Origin: Parabacteroides sp.
GTDB taxonomy: Bacteria > Bacteroidota > Bacteroidia > Bacteroidales > Tannerellaceae
Length of the DNA stretch: 64,000 bases
Assembly (NCBI GenBank): GCA_022775005.1
Contig: JALFJR010000056.1
Coordinates: forward strand, 19,151 to 83,150
Reading direction: 5' to 3'
In this document: piece after piece, positions 8,537-18,901 of the stretch
How positions within the stretch are numbered: position 1 is the stretch's first letter
How the letters are laid out: the number at the start of each line of letters is the position of its first letter
Notes under the pieces: model-generated
Seen by the model: only the letters and a program-made list of their open reading frames with translations
Database searches by the model: none
What the model was told of the DNA's origin: nothing
Position numbers and translations under genes: made by a program

Positions 8537-10060
8537 TTAGTGTTTGAAATGACGTACACCTGTCTTCACCATTGCGATATCATGTTGGTTGCAATACTCG
8601 ACAGACAGCTTGTCGTTGATAGATCCACCCGGTTGGATAACCGCTTTTATGCCCGCCTGGTTAGCGATCTCCACGCAATCGGGGAAGGGGAAGAACGCAT
8701 CTGAGGCCATTACCGCCCCGTTCAGGTCAAAACCAAAGGATTTAGCCTTTTCTATAGCCTGTTTTAAGGAATCGACACGTGAAGTTTGACCTACACCACT
8801 GGCGCACAATTGCTTGTTCTTAGCCAATGTAATAGCGTTGCTTTTGCTGTGTTTTACGATCTTGTTGGCGAACAACAGATCCTCGATTTCTGTGGCAGTC
8901 GGGCGTTTGTCTGACATTGGCTCCAAATCTGCTTCTACCTGAATGCTTAAATCCTTCTGTTGCATCAATACTCCGTTCAACAATGAGCGGAACTGCATCG
9001 GGCAAGTTTTGCATTCCTTGCGGATCAAGATGATACGGTTTTTCTTCTGCTGCAATACTTCCAATGCGTCTGGTTCATAAGCAGGAGCGATGATCACTTC
9101 GAAGAATATCTTATGAATCTCCTCGGCAACCTCCTTGGTGATTGTTGTATTTGTTACCAAGATACCACCGAATGCAGAGACTGGATCTCCTGCCAGTGCA
9201 GCCTTCCATGCTGACAATACTGTATTGCGAGAAGCGATTCCACATGCGTTGTTGTGCTTCAGGATTGCGAATGTTAACTCATCGAATTCATCAATCAAGT
9301 TTACTGCAGCATCAATATCCAGTAAGTTGTTATAAGAAATCTCCTTGCCGTGGATTTGCTCAAACATTTCATTGAATTTGCCATAGAATTTACCTGCCTG
9401 GTGTGGATTCTCTCCATAGCGCAAGTGCATGGGGCAATCCATTGCTGCACGGAAATGTGAACCTTGACGATCATCAAAATAGTTGAAGATTGCACTATCA
9501 TAACCGGAAGAAACAGCAAATGCCTCTTTGGCAAACCACTTACGATCTTCTAACGTCGTCTCTGCACCTTTCTCGTTCAATAGCTGCAACAGTGGTTGAT
9601 ACTGTGCCTTAGAAGCTACGATTACGACATCCTTGAAATTCTTGGCAGCCGCACGGATCAGTGAGATGCCGCCGATATCAATCTTTTCAATAATCGCTTG
9701 CTCGTCTGCTCCGGAAGCAACCGTCTCCTCGAAAGGATACAAATCGACAATAACCAAGTCGATCTCCGGAATCTCATACTCCGCCAATTGTTGTTGATCG
9801 GTTTCGTTATCACGGCGCGCTAAAATACCGCCAAATACTTTCGGATGCAGCGTCTTCACGCGGCCACCCAAGATTGAGGGATAGGTCGTCAAATCCTCTA
9901 CCGCATCGCAAGGCAAGCCCAACGACTCGATAAATGATTGAGTACCACCTGTTGATACGAAGCTAACGCCTTCATTATGCAGTTTCTTTAAGATCTCATC
10001 CAGCCCGTCTTTGTGAAAAACAGAGACCAAGGCGCGCTTAATACGTTTCGTTGCAACCAT
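8537..10060 (-). CDS. purH: Bifunctional AICAR transformylase / IMP cyclohydrolase
   Basis: The ORF has an MGS-like N-domain (ALVSVFHKDGL...) followed by an AICARFT domain. I moved the start from 10114 to the internal ATG at 10060 (MVATKRIKRALVS...). Confidence 0.9.
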   Translation of the reverse strand: MVATKRIKRALVSVFHKDGLDEILKKLHNEGVSFVSTGGTQSFIESLGLPCDAVEDLTTYPSILGGRVKTLHPKVFGGILARRDNETDQQQLAEYEIPEIDLVIVDLYPFEETVASGADEQAIIEKIDIGGISLIRAAAKNFKDVVIVASKAQYQPLLQLLNEKGAETTLEDRKWFAKEAFAVSSGYDSAIFNYFDDRQGSHFRAAMDCPMHLRYGENPHQAGKFYGKFNEMFEQIHGKEISYNNLLDIDAAVNLIDEFDELTFAILKHNNACGIASRNTVLSAWKAALAGDPVSAFGGILVTNTTITKEVAEEIHKIFFEVIIAPAYEPDALEVLQQKKNRIILIRKECKTCPMQFRSLLNGVLMQQKDLSIQVEADLEPMSDKRPTATEIEDLLFANKIVKHSKSNAITLAKNKQLCASGVGQTSRVDSLKQAIEKAKSFGFDLNGAVMASDAFFPFPDCVEIANQAGIKAVIQPGGSINDKLSVEYCNQHDIAMVKTGVRHFKH

Positions 10061-10217
10061 CTTTTTCTGTTTACGTTTATGTTTTAGAGCACAAAAGTAG
10101 TATTTATTTCCCAATCCATAGCGATATTTCGGGAAAATATGTTATTGAGCATAAGTGAAAGAAGAAATAAGGTGAAAATAAAAAGAAGAGCCATAACTTA
10201 TAGCTCTTCTCCTATTG

Positions 10218-10292
10218 TCGGGGTAACAAGATTCGAACTTGTGACCCCCTGCTCCCAAAGCAGGTGCGCTAACCGGACTGCGCTACACCCCG
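10218..10292 (-). tRNA. tRNA-Pro (anticodon TGG)
   Basis: Hand-folded 75-nt cloverleaf: CGGGGTG TA GCGC AGTCCGGTTA GCGC A CCTGC TTTGGGA GCAGG GGGTC ACAAG TTCGAAT CTTGT TACCCCG A. The T-loop is TTCGAAT. CCA is not encoded. Confidence 0.9.
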
Positions 10293-10323
10293 AATAACAT
10301 TTAGTTCATTTCTAAATGCGCTG

Positions 10324-10331
10324 CAAAGGTA
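10324..10331 (-). promoter_or_regulatory. -7 element TACCTTTG upstream of tRNA-Pro
   Basis: Text caaaggta lies 32-39 nt upstream of the tRNA 5' end. Confidence 0.45.
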
Positions 10332-10410
10332 GTGCTTATTTTTAATCTGCCAAAACTTTGTCTTATTTTTTTACGTTTGGAGTGAGGTGTCCTCAGTAAA
10401 GGATATAAAT

Positions 10411-10445
10411 AACGAGGGGTGGCCTAATAAAGACCGCCCCTCGTT
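10411..10445 (-). terminator. Stem-loop terminator downstream of the serine palmitoyltransferase gene
   Basis: 12-bp stem AACGAGGGGTGG / CCGCCCCTCGTT with one G.T pair and an 11-nt loop. It lies 35 nt past the stop at 10480. The trailing sequence on the minus strand is ATTTATAT. Confidence 0.6.
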
Positions 10446-10479
10446 ATGTGTTTCACGGAAACGCTATGTGATTGCTTGT

Positions 10480-11667
10480 TTAATCTACTAAACCATGTTG
10501 TTTGAATACCTTGTGGATCGTTTCCAGTGCATAATCCAATTGCTCTTTGGTGTGCGTAGCCATCAGAGAGAAGCGGATCAACGTGTCTTCAGAAGCTACT
10601 GCTGGAGCAACAACCGGATTGACGAAGATTCCTGCCTCAAATAACTCCTTTACGATGAGGAAGGTCAAGTCATTGTCGCGGATAAACAATGGGATGATTG
10701 GGGTAGAGGTATGGCCGATCTCGCAGCCCATTTGCCGGAAGCCATCCAATGCGTAATGGGTCAGGTCCCATAAGTGCTGAATGCGCTCAGGTTCATTCAA
10801 CATGATGTCTAATGCTGCGTTCGCTGCAGCTGTAGCTGCAGGCGTATTGCTGGCGCTAAAAATGTAAGAGCGAGAATGGTGGCGCAGATAATTGATGATA
10901 GACTCGTCTGCTGCTATGAAACCACCGATAGAGGCGAATGATTTACTGAAGGTACCCATGATCAAGTCCACATCCTGTGATACACCGAAGTGGTCGCAAG
11001 TACCACGACCCTGACGGCCAAAGACACCAATACCGTGAGCCTCGTCCACCATGACACTGGCGTTATACTTTTTCGCTAATGCTACGATTTCTGGCAATTT
11101 TGCTACGTCACCCTCCATACTGAATACACCGTCTGTAACAATCAGTTTCACCTTGTCAGGCTCGCACTTCTGGAGCTGCTTTTCCAAAGACTCCATGTCA
11201 TTGTGCTTGTATTTCAGTTTTGTGGAGAAGGAAAGGCGGTGTCCTTCAATGATGGACGCATGATCCAGCTCGTCCCATAAAATATAGTCCTCACGTCCAG
11301 TTAAGCAAGAAACTACACCTAAATTTACTTGAAAGCCCGTAGAATAGACTATCGCATCCTCTTTGCCTACAAACTCAGCCAGACGTTTTTCTAATTGAAT
11401 GTGTAAATCTAATGTGCCGTTTAAGAATCGAGAACCAGCGCAACCTGTACCATACTTCTTGACAGCCTCAATCGCAGCCTCTTTTACTTTTGGATGATTT
11501 GTCAATCCTAAGTATGCGTTTGAACCAAACATCAGCACCTTTTTACCGCTGATTGTTACTTCTGTGTCTTGATCGCTTTGGATTTCACGGAAGTAAGGAT
11601 AAATGCCCATGGCCATTGCTCTCTGAGGAGCATCATACTTTGATAATTTCTCTTGTAAAAGTTTCAT
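10480..11667 (-). CDS. spt: Serine palmitoyltransferase-type alpha-oxoamine synthase (PLP-dependent)
   Basis: The protein reads MKLLQEKLSKYDAPQRAMAMGIYPYFREI... and has the PLP-lysine motif GTFSKSFASIGGF. It closely resembles the Bacteroides/Porphyromonas SPT sequences as I remember them, rather than KBL or BioF. Start moved to ATG 11667, because the -7 element at 11753-11760 lies upstream of the track start 11739 and would leave it almost no leader. Confidence 0.7.
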   Translation of the reverse strand: MKLLQEKLSKYDAPQRAMAMGIYPYFREIQSDQDTEVTISGKKVLMFGSNAYLGLTNHPKVKEAAIEAVKKYGTGCAGSRFLNGTLDLHIQLEKRLAEFVGKEDAIVYSTGFQVNLGVVSCLTGREDYILWDELDHASIIEGHRLSFSTKLKYKHNDMESLEKQLQKCEPDKVKLIVTDGVFSMEGDVAKLPEIVALAKKYNASVMVDEAHGIGVFGRQGRGTCDHFGVSQDVDLIMGTFSKSFASIGGFIAADESIINYLRHHSRSYIFSASNTPAATAAANAALDIMLNEPERIQHLWDLTHYALDGFRQMGCEIGHTSTPIIPLFIRDNDLTFLIVKELFEAGIFVNPVVAPAVASEDTLIRFSLMATHTKEQLDYALETIHKVFKQHGLVD

Positions 11668-11752
11668 ATTTATATAAAAGAGAATGATTTCTGGTTTGTA
11701 ATCAATCAAATTAAGCGCCGCCCACGTAAGCAAACGCAAGCAAACACAGCCG

Positions 11753-11760
11753 CAAAAGTA
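11753..11760 (-). promoter_or_regulatory. -7 element TACTTTTG for the SPT gene
   Basis: Text caaaagta is the reverse complement of TAnnTTTG. Confidence 0.45.
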
Positions 11761-11814
11761 ATAAAAAAATCACTAATGGGGGCTTTGATGCTTTAAAAGT
11801 TTCGCAAAAATGTT

Positions 11815-11822
11815 ATTTTTGT
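11815..11822 (+). promoter_or_regulatory. -7 element TATTTTTG for the lipid kinase gene
   Basis: Matches TAnnTTTG about 21 nt upstream of the ORF start at 11843. Confidence 0.4.
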
Positions 11823-11842
11823 GCCCTGAAAAGGAAATATAA

Positions 11843-12820
11843 GTGCAAATGAGCGAGACAAAAACGACAGTGCAAGCGATCATTAACCCTATCTCCGGGA
11901 TGGGATCTAAACGTAAGATTCCTAAGATGATACAAGAGATGTGCCAGGCAAAAGGCTATGCTTTGACCATCTCGTTCACGCAATATCCTGGTCATGCGAG
12001 CGAGCTAACCCATCAAGCTCTTGAGGAGGGGGTAAATATCATAATCGCCGTAGGTGGGGATGGAACGGTTAATGAGGTTGCTCGATCGATGGTTCATTCA
12101 GAGGCAATATTGGGCATTATACCCAAAGGGTCGGGTAATGGATTAGCACGAGAGTTGCACATTCCGATGGATCCTCGTCGGGCACTTGATTTAATTGCCG
12201 AGAATCATACTTCAACGATTGATTGTTGCCAGGCAAATGGGAAGGTTTTCTTTTGCACTTGTGGAGTAGGTTTTGATGCTGCGGTTAGTCAAAAATTTGC
12301 CAACGAGCCTCGGAGAGGTTCGCTTACCTATATTAAAAATACGATTGAGGAGTACCTCAGCTACCAGCCAGAACCTTATGAACTTTTGGTAGACAATCAG
12401 ACCATTAAGGAGAAGGCTTTTCTTGTAGCATGTGCGAATGCCTCCCAGTATGGTAATAATGCTTTTATCGCTCCGCACGCCAATGTGCAGGATGGGCAGA
12501 TGGATGTTACAGTTTTGTCGCCTTTCACCCCGTTAGACATCGCTCCGTTGGCGATTCAACTTTTCACCAAACAGATTGACAGAAATAGTAAAATTAAAAC
12601 TTTGCAGGCACGGCAAGTGACGATTATTCGACAGCATCCGGGTGTGATGCATCTCGACGGTGAGCCAGTTATGGCCGATAGCCGTATAGAGATTACCATG
12701 GATCCTGGGGCTTTACGGGTGCTTACCCCTGCAGTGGTCTCTTTCACAAAGGAGGTGCATCACTTGTTTGAGGAGGTCACTCATTTTTTTGATCGCCGAC
12801 TTCCTTATATCTTCAGATAA
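11843..12820 (+). CDS. Diacylglycerol/sphingosine-kinase-family lipid kinase (YegS/BmrU-like)
   Basis: 325 aa with a DAGK catalytic domain and the GGDGT motif (IIAVGGDGTVNEV). Divergent from the SPT gene. Confidence 0.8.
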   Translation: MQMSETKTTVQAIINPISGMGSKRKIPKMIQEMCQAKGYALTISFTQYPGHASELTHQALEEGVNIIIAVGGDGTVNEVARSMVHSEAILGIIPKGSGNGLARELHIPMDPRRALDLIAENHTSTIDCCQANGKVFFCTCGVGFDAAVSQKFANEPRRGSLTYIKNTIEEYLSYQPEPYELLVDNQTIKEKAFLVACANASQYGNNAFIAPHANVQDGQMDVTVLSPFTPLDIAPLAIQLFTKQIDRNSKIKTLQARQVTIIRQHPGVMHLDGEPVMADSRIEITMDPGALRVLTPAVVSFTKEVHHLFEEVTHFFDRRLPYIFR

Positions 12821-13515
12821 TAATTTCGCTCCAAGGCGATGAACTCTGGAGTATATTGATGCGATTCATCCTCGATGGCGAGTTGGTCATATAGGGGCGT
12901 AATCGTTTCTTGTCCCAACTCTATTAATAAGCGCTTAGGAGGGGTGCCTTGGCGGGTACTTACGTGTGTCTCTCGATAGGGGTGTAGCCCGACTTGCTTA
13001 GCCTCCTCCAGCAGGATGTTTCGTTGGTCGAAGGGAAGGACCAGGGCAAGGCGACCGGTATGAGCAAGCAGGCGGAGACTCTCTCTCAGCAATTCAGGTA
13101 AAGAGAGGCTGTCAGCATGGCGGGCTTGGCTGCGAGTGACATCCGGACATTTCAGCGATTGGATAAAATAGGGTGGGTTGGAGGCGATTAAGTCATACTT
13201 TCGTTCCGCTGGATGATAATTGGAGAGAGAAGAGTGATGTACCTCGATGCGCCCTGCGAAGGGCGAGCGTGCTACATTCTCTTTGGCTTGTTGGCAGGCA
13301 GGAGCATCGATGTCTATTGCGTCTATTAACGCTTGGCTACGTTGCGCTAACATTAGGGCGATCAATCCGCTGCCTGTTCCTATGTCTAACAGGTGATGCT
13401 CATGTGCGCCCACTGTTGCCCAAGCTCCTAACAATGCGCCATCGGTGCCAACTTTCATGGCGCATTGGTCGTGCCATACTGTGAATTGCTTGAATCTGAA
13501 ATAGGGATTTGCCAT
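12805..13515 (-). CDS. tRNA1(Val) (adenine37-N6)-methyltransferase (TrmN6/YfiC family)
   Basis: MANPYFRFKQFTVWHDQCAMKVGTDG... with the SAM motif LDIGTGSG and the NPPY motif (IASNPPYF). Start moved from 13671 to ATG 13515. Confidence 0.8.
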   Translation of the reverse strand: MANPYFRFKQFTVWHDQCAMKVGTDGALLGAWATVGAHEHHLLDIGTGSGLIALMLAQRSQALIDAIDIDAPACQQAKENVARSPFAGRIEVHHSSLSNYHPAERKYDLIASNPPYFIQSLKCPDVTRSQARHADSLSLPELLRESLRLLAHTGRLALVLPFDQRNILLEEAKQVGLHPYRETHVSTRQGTPPKRLLIELGQETITPLYDQLAIEDESHQYTPEFIALERNYYLKI

Positions 13516-13567
13516 TTCTTTTGTCTGTTTAATGCTGCGAATGTACGGATATTCAGACAAAAAATTG

Positions 13568-13575
13568 TACCTTTG
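13568..13575 (+). promoter_or_regulatory. -7 element TACCTTTG for lon
   Basis: Matches TAnnTTTG about 50 nt upstream of the lon start. Confidence 0.45.
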
Positions 13576-13623
13576 GCACCGTTTATTGCCAAATGATGTC
13601 TTTAGACATACCGAGGAGGGTAT

Positions 13624-16110
13624 GTGCTTAGCTGCAACAATATGAATAATAAGAAGAAACGGTTTAGCCAAAGTTTGATAGAAGATTTAACGAGCACGAT
13701 GAGCATCGTGATGCCTGTCATGACTGAATGTGATAAAGATGAGGATTTCTCGTCGGGTTTGGATAGCTTGGGCGAGTTCATCCCTTTGTTGCCCCTACGC
13801 AACATGGTGCTTTTTCCGGGTGTGGCTCTTTCTGTTGTAGTGGGCCGTGACAAATCGTTGAAATTGATAGAGGAGGCCATTAGGCATAAGGCTTTGATTG
13901 GTGTAGTAGCACAGATTAAGGGCGATACGGAAGATCCTCATTTTGATGATCTCTATCACTATGGTACGGTGGCAGAGGTGATGCGTGTGTTTGATTTGCC
14001 GGGAGGAACGACCACCGTGGTGCTGCAAGGGAAGCGACGTTTTCAGCTGGAGGGATTGGTCAATGATGATCCCTTCCTATTGGGCCGTTATCACCTGGCG
14101 GAGGAAACACGCCCCAATGAACAGGAAGACAGAGAGTTCAGTATGGTGGTTTCTCGCGTCAAGGATTTGACCGTCAAGATATTGAAAACAAGAGAAGATA
14201 TGCCAACGGAGTTGGTTCGCTCTATTCAGCGTACCAAGAACCTAATCTATCAGATTAATTACCCCTGTGGCAACCTTTCCTTGTCGCTGCAAGAGAAACA
14301 GAAGCTTTTAGAGTTTGATGATTTGAAAGAACGGGCTATGTACCTTTTGGAGCAACTGGGGCAGCTCCTTCAATTAGAGCAGTTGAAGGCCTCTATCCAA
14401 ATGAAAACACAATGCGATATTAACCAGCAACAAAAAGAGTATTTCTTGCAGCAACAGATCAAGAACTTGCAAGCGGAGTTAGGTAGTAATTCGAATGACA
14501 TAGAGCTTGACGAGTTGTATGAGAGAGCGGCAGGGAAGGAATGGTCGGTGCAAATGCGTATGCTCTTCGAAAAGGAGGCCCGTAAATTGGAGCGACTCAG
14601 TCCTCAATCTCCTGATTATTCGATGCAATCTCATTATGTTAACACCCTGCTTGCTCTTCCTTGGGAGCATTGCAGCAAAGATAATTTCAATCTCGCTCGC
14701 GCACAGCGTATTTTAGACAGAGACCATTATGGCTTAGAAAAAGTGAAAGAGCGTATCATTGAGCACCTGGCGGTTTTGAAGCTGAAGGGAGACATGAAAG
14801 CGCCTATCCTCTGTCTTTATGGCCCTCCAGGTGTAGGCAAGACATCGCTGGGCAAGTCTATTGCTGAGGCGTTAGGACGTAAGTATGTACGGATGTCATT
14901 GGGTGGTTTGCATGATGAGGCTGAGATCCGTGGCCATCGTCGTACGTACATTGGCGCAATGTGTGGACGGATCTTGCAGGGCCTCCAAAAGGCTGGCACT
15001 TCTAACCCAGTGTTCGTGCTTGACGAGATAGACAAGATTTCCTGCGATTTTAAGGGTGATCCCGCTTCTGCTCTATTAGAAGTGCTTGATCCAGAGCAAA
15101 ATAATGCATTCCATGATAACTATCTTGATGTGGATTATGACCTCAGTCAAGTCTTTTTCATCGCTACGGCCAACAGTCTCAGCACCATTTCGCCCCCTTT
15201 ACTCGACCGTATGGAGCTGATCGAGGTAAGTGGATATATCACTGAGGAGAAGATCGAAATCGCCTCTCGGCACTTGGTGCCCAATGAGATGGAGGCACAC
15301 GGGTTGAAAAAAGGCTGTGTGCGTATTCCTAAGAAAACTTTGCAGGAGGTGGTGGAGTCATACACCCGTGAGAGTGGCGTCAGAGAGCTGGATAAGCAGT
15401 TGGCAAAATTGATGCGAAAGTTGGCTCGAAAGGTAGCTTTTAATGAGCTTTTGCCGACATCCATTAAGGTGACCGATCTCGTTCTTCCGGATTATTTAGG
15501 TCCTGTACGTTATACCCGTGATAAGTATCAGGGGAATGGCTATGCTGGCGTGGTGACAGGTTTGGCTTGGACGGCTGTCGGTGGAGAGATTCTCTTCGTG
15601 GAATCCAGCTTGAGCAAGGGAAAGGGTGAGAAGCTGACTCTTACTGGGAACTTGGGTGATGTGATGAAAGAATCCGCTATGTTGGCACTGCAATATGTCC
15701 ATGCTCATGCTGCTGATTTCGAGATCGACGAACAACGTTTTGAGCAGTGGAATGTGCATATTCACGTGCCAGAGGGTGCTATCCCAAAGGATGGTCCTAG
15801 TGCCGGAATCACGATGGTTACCTCCTTGGTTTCTACCTTCACCCAGCGCAAAGTGCGTAAGCAGTTGGCCATGACTGGTGAGATTACCCTACGAGGTAAG
15901 GTGCTTCCTGTAGGTGGCATTAAAGAGAAGATCTTAGCTGCTAAGCGGGCAGGCATTACACAACTGATCCTTTGTCAAGAGAATGAGAAAGATATCTTGG
16001 AGATTAATTCTGACTACCTGAAGGGATTGACTTTCTACTATGTCGATGATATAAGACAAGTGATCGACCTCGCTCTTCTGCCAGATAAGGTTGATCATCC
16101 GCTGTTTTAG
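13624..16110 (+). CDS. lon: ATP-dependent Lon protease (LonA)
   Basis: 828 aa with a Lon N-domain, Walker [10 protein letters not shown] and the catalytic-Ser motif [14 protein letters not shown] 13642 is an alternative start. Confidence 0.95.
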   Translation: MLSCNNMNNKKKRFSQSLIEDLTSTMSIVMPVMTECDKDEDFSSGLDSLGEFIPLLPLRNMVLFPGVALSVVVGRDKSLKLIEEAIRHKALIGVVAQIKGDTEDPHFDDLYHYGTVAEVMRVFDLPGGTTTVVLQGKRRFQLEGLVNDDPFLLGRYHLAEETRPNEQEDREFSMVVSRVKDLTVKILKTREDMPTELVRSIQRTKNLIYQINYPCGNLSLSLQEKQKLLEFDDLKERAMYLLEQLGQLLQLEQLKASIQMKTQCDINQQQKEYFLQQQIKNLQAELGSNSNDIELDELYERAAGKEWSVQMRMLFEKEARKLERLSPQSPDYSMQSHYVNTLLALPWEHCSKDNFNLARAQRILDRDHYGLEKVKERIIEHLAVLKLKGDMKAPILCLYGPPGVGKTSLGKSIAEALGRKYVRMSLGGLHDEAEIRGHRRTYIGAMCGRILQGLQKAGTSNPVFVLDEIDKISCDFKGDPASALLEVLDPEQNNAFHDNYLDVDYDLSQVFFIATANSLSTISPPLLDRMELIEVSGYITEEKIEIASRHLVPNEMEAHGLKKGCVRIPKKTLQEVVESYTRESGVRELDKQLAKLMRKLARKVAFNELLPTSIKVTDLVLPDYLGPVRYTRDKYQGNGYAGVVTGLAWTAVGGEILFVESSLSKGKGEKLTLTGNLGDVMKESAMLALQYVHAHAADFEIDEQRFEQWNVHIHVPEGAIPKDGPSAGITMVTSLVSTFTQRKVRKQLAMTGEITLRGKVLPVGGIKEKILAAKRAGITQLILCQENEKDILEINSDYLKGLTFYYVDDIRQVIDLALLPDKVDHPLF

Positions 16111-16239
16111 TGTTTTGTTGGATTCAGACTTTGATCATAGGCGGATATAGGGTGTCCATAGTCTTACTATGGAATACCCAGCTTATGGGAATCTTGTTCC
16201 TTATCCCTCAAGCGTAGGCTGATTCTCCCGAAAAAACAT

Positions 16240-16247
16240 TATCTTTG
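16240..16247 (+). promoter_or_regulatory. -7 element TATCTTTG for ribE
   Basis: Matches TAnnTTTG 47 nt upstream of ATG 16294. No FMN-riboswitch-like sequence lies between them. Confidence 0.45.
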
Positions 16248-16293
16248 CACAAATTAGAAGTAGATATGTAAAACCCAAAAATAGCATAGAATT

Positions 16294-16902
16294 ATGTTTT
16301 CTGGAATCGTGGAAGAGGCTGCTCAGGTAGTGGCATTGCAAGCGGATAAGGGCAATCTGCATTTGACGATGCGTTGCACTTTCGTGAATGAGTTGAAGAT
16401 TGATCAAAGTGTGGCGCATAATGGCGTTTGCTTGACGGTGGTGAGCAAGACTGCTGATACCTACACGGTGACGGCTGTTCAGGAGACGTTGGAGCGCTCC
16501 AACTTGGGGAAGCTGAAGGTGGGTGACAAGGTAAACTTGGAGCGCAGCATGTTGATGAACGGCCGTTTGGATGGTCATATCGTGCAGGGACATGTTGATC
16601 AGACAGCGGTTTGCACAGAGGTTCGTGAGGCAGACGGTAGCTGGTACTATACTTTTACCTACCGCTTCGACAAGACGATGGCACGTCAAGGGTATTTGAC
16701 TGTGGAGAAAGGCTCTGTTTGCGTGAATGGTGTGAGCCTGACGGTATGCAATTCCAAAGACGACAGTTTCCAAGTGGCGATCATTCCTTACACGCACGAT
16801 CATACTAATTTCTGCCAGATGGAGCAGGGTACGGTGGTAAACTTAGAGTTCGACATCGTTGGGAAGTATATCAGTCGCATGATGGCTTATCGGGAGGATT
16901 GA
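16294..16902 (+). CDS. ribE: Riboflavin synthase alpha chain
   Basis: 202 aa with the MFSGIVEE N-terminus and two lumazine-binding repeats. Confidence 0.9.
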   Translation: MFSGIVEEAAQVVALQADKGNLHLTMRCTFVNELKIDQSVAHNGVCLTVVSKTADTYTVTAVQETLERSNLGKLKVGDKVNLERSMLMNGRLDGHIVQGHVDQTAVCTEVREADGSWYYTFTYRFDKTMARQGYLTVEKGSVCVNGVSLTVCNSKDDSFQVAIIPYTHDHTNFCQMEQGTVVNLEFDIVGKYISRMMAYRED

Positions 16903-17876
16903 TAGGCATGATCAGCGCTTTACAGGCGGTAAGTCGGTGGCTGGCGAATCATGCGTCAGCCTTTATTATGGCCATTGCCGCATTTACCTTTTTCTTTCCA
17001 GCGACCTTTGAGTGGGTGCGGGGAAATACGCAAACCTTTATCTTGGGTCTGATCATGCTGACGATGGGCTTGACGCTCACGACTGTGGATTTTCAGATCT
17101 TAGCTCGTCGTCCCTTGGATATTTTCATCGGTGCTTGCGCACAGTTCTTGATCATGCCTTTGGTGGCTTATACCTTGGTGCATCTGTTTGGCTTGGAGCC
17201 TGCATTAGCATTAGGTATCTTGTTGGTGGGATGCTGCCCAGGAGGTGTTTCGAGCAACATCATGTCTTTCTTATGTAAGGGTGATGTGGCTTACTCTGTG
17301 GGTATGACTTGTGCTTCTACGCTGTTAGCCCCGGTGATGACTTCACTGTTGATGCAGTTGACTGCGGGTGAGATTATTGAGATTGATGCGGTCGGTATGT
17401 TTCTGAATATCTTGATTGTGACGATTATCCCCGTTGGTATTGGCTGTTTGTTGAATTACCGTTATGCTTCGAAGCCAGTGTTTCTCACGTTGCAATCGCT
17501 TATGCCAGGGGTGAGTGTGACCTGTTTGGCTTGCATCGTGGGAGGTGTGATCAGTACGGTGTATGATGATTTGATCGCTGGAGGATGGTTGCTCTTTGGC
17601 TGGACCTTTTTGGTGGTTTTTTGTCACAACAGCTTAGGTTATCTGTTGGGATGGTTCATAGGGCGACTGGCAGGGTTCAGCACGCCTAAAAAGCGTACGC
17701 TATCCATCGAGGTGGGTATGCAAAACGCTGGATTAGCCACAGTCTTGGCAGGTACCTTCTTCGCAGCTCAGCCGCTCTCGGTGTTGCCTTGCGCCATCTC
17801 TTGTGCTTGGCACAGCATATCAGGTACGATTCTCGCCGGATTCTATTTACGAATGGACAATAAAAAAGACCAGTGA
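16899..17876 (+). CDS. Bile acid:sodium symporter (BASS/SBF) family transporter
   Basis: 325-aa polytopic membrane ORF of BASS type. The TTG start overlaps the ribE stop by 4 nt. ATG 16908 is an alternative start. Confidence 0.7.
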   Translation: MIGMISALQAVSRWLANHASAFIMAIAAFTFFFPATFEWVRGNTQTFILGLIMLTMGLTLTTVDFQILARRPLDIFIGACAQFLIMPLVAYTLVHLFGLEPALALGILLVGCCPGGVSSNIMSFLCKGDVAYSVGMTCASTLLAPVMTSLLMQLTAGEIIEIDAVGMFLNILIVTIIPVGIGCLLNYRYASKPVFLTLQSLMPGVSVTCLACIVGGVISTVYDDLIAGGWLLFGWTFLVVFCHNSLGYLLGWFIGRLAGFSTPKKRTLSIEVGMQNAGLATVLAGTFFAAQPLSVLPCAISCAWHSISGTILAGFYLRMDNKKDQ

Positions 17877-17896
17877 ATATTCGCTGGTCTTTTTTT
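17862..17896. terminator. Bidirectional rho-independent terminator between the BASS gene and rpoD
   Basis: AAAAAAGACCAG-loop-CTGGTCTTTTTT: a 7-bp core stem with inner GAA/TTC pairs, flanked by an A-run and a T-run, so it can terminate on both strands. Confidence 0.75.
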
Positions 17897-17899
17897 ATA

Positions 17900-18760
17900 C
17901 TATCCTAAGTAGGACTTTAGTAACTTGCTACGTGATCCTTGTCGTAATCTTCTAATCGCTTTTTCTTTAATCTGGCGGACGCGCTCACGAGTGAGGCCAA
18001 ATTTGTCGCCAATCTCTTCCAATGTCATCTCTTGACATCCAATACCGAAAAACATTTTGATAATCTCGCTTTCTCTTTCGGTTAATGTAGCAAGCGCTCT
18101 ATCAATCTCCTTCGACAAAGACTCATTCATCAACGTGCGATCGGCGATGGGAGCGTCGTCATTGACAAGCACATCCAAAAGGCTGTTGTCTTCGCCCTCC
18201 ACGAATGGAGCATCTACCGAGATATGACGGCCGGAAACCTTCAAGGTATCTGAGATCTTATCAACAGGGATTTCCAGCTCATCAGCTAATTCCTCAGGCG
18301 AGGGCTTACGCTCGTTCTCTTGCTCAAATTTCGAGAAGGCCTTGCTGATCTTATTCAACGAACCCACCTGGTTGAGCGGCAAACGGACGATACGTGATTG
18401 CTCAGCCAAGGCCTGTAGGATAGATTGACGAATCCACCATACGGCATAGGAAATGAACTTGAAACCTCTTGTCTCATCGAACTTCTCAGCGGCCTTAATC
18501 AATCCCAAGTTGCCCTCGTTGATCAAGTCGGGAAGGCTTAACCCTTGATTCTGATACTGTTTTGCTACGGATACAACGAAACGGAGGTTTGCACGGGTTA
18601 ATTTCTCTAACGCCTTACGGTCTCCTCTTCTAATAGCTTGCGCCAACTCCACTTCCTCTTCTACTGTGATCAGATCCTCACGACCAATTTCTTGAAGATA
18701 CTTATCCAGCGAAGCGCTTTCGCGGTTGGTGATAGACTTTGTGATCTTTAATTGTCTCAT
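17900..18760 (-). CDS. rpoD: Primary sigma factor (sigma-70 family, Bacteroidota sigma-A)
   Basis: 286 aa. Region 2 reads [18 protein letters not shown] and region 4.2 reads [23 protein letters not shown]. Confidence 0.9.
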   Translation of the reverse strand: MRQLKITKSITNRESASLDKYLQEIGREDLITVEEEVELAQAIRRGDRKALEKLTRANLRFVVSVAKQYQNQGLSLPDLINEGNLGLIKAAEKFDETRGFKFISYAVWWIRQSILQALAEQSRIVRLPLNQVGSLNKISKAFSKFEQENERKPSPEELADELEIPVDKISDTLKVSGRHISVDAPFVEGEDNSLLDVLVNDDAPIADRTLMNESLSKEIDRALATLTERESEIIKMFFGIGCQEMTLEEIGDKFGLTRERVRQIKEKAIRRLRQGSRSKLLKSYLG

Positions 18761-18799
18761 GCTCTACTTTACGTTCAATTCATCAAAGAATTTGGGATG

Positions 18800-18807
18800 C
18801 AAAGATA
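18800..18807 (-). promoter_or_regulatory. -7 element TATCTTTG for rpoD
   Basis: Text caaagata is the reverse complement of TAnnTTTG, 40 nt upstream of ATG 18760. Confidence 0.45.
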
Positions 18808-18901
18808 AGGTTTTATTGTAAAAACATTGGCCAGATGCGTTTCCACAACCGGTCAATGTCTTATATTTAACATTATTTATCCGCTTTATTGTGCTCGCTA
18901 C

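Noticed and set aside
16111-16293. FMN riboswitch upstream of ribE
   Set aside because: The leader between the -7 box (16240-16247) and ATG 16294 is only about 45 nt. It lacks the conserved RFN element segments. The hairpin at about 16150-16180 looks like a lon 3' stem-loop instead.
16201-16803. 200-aa minus-strand ORF
   Set aside because: It is antisense to riboflavin synthase (the MFSGIVEE... protein is unambiguous). Its composition is low-complexity and His/Arg-rich.
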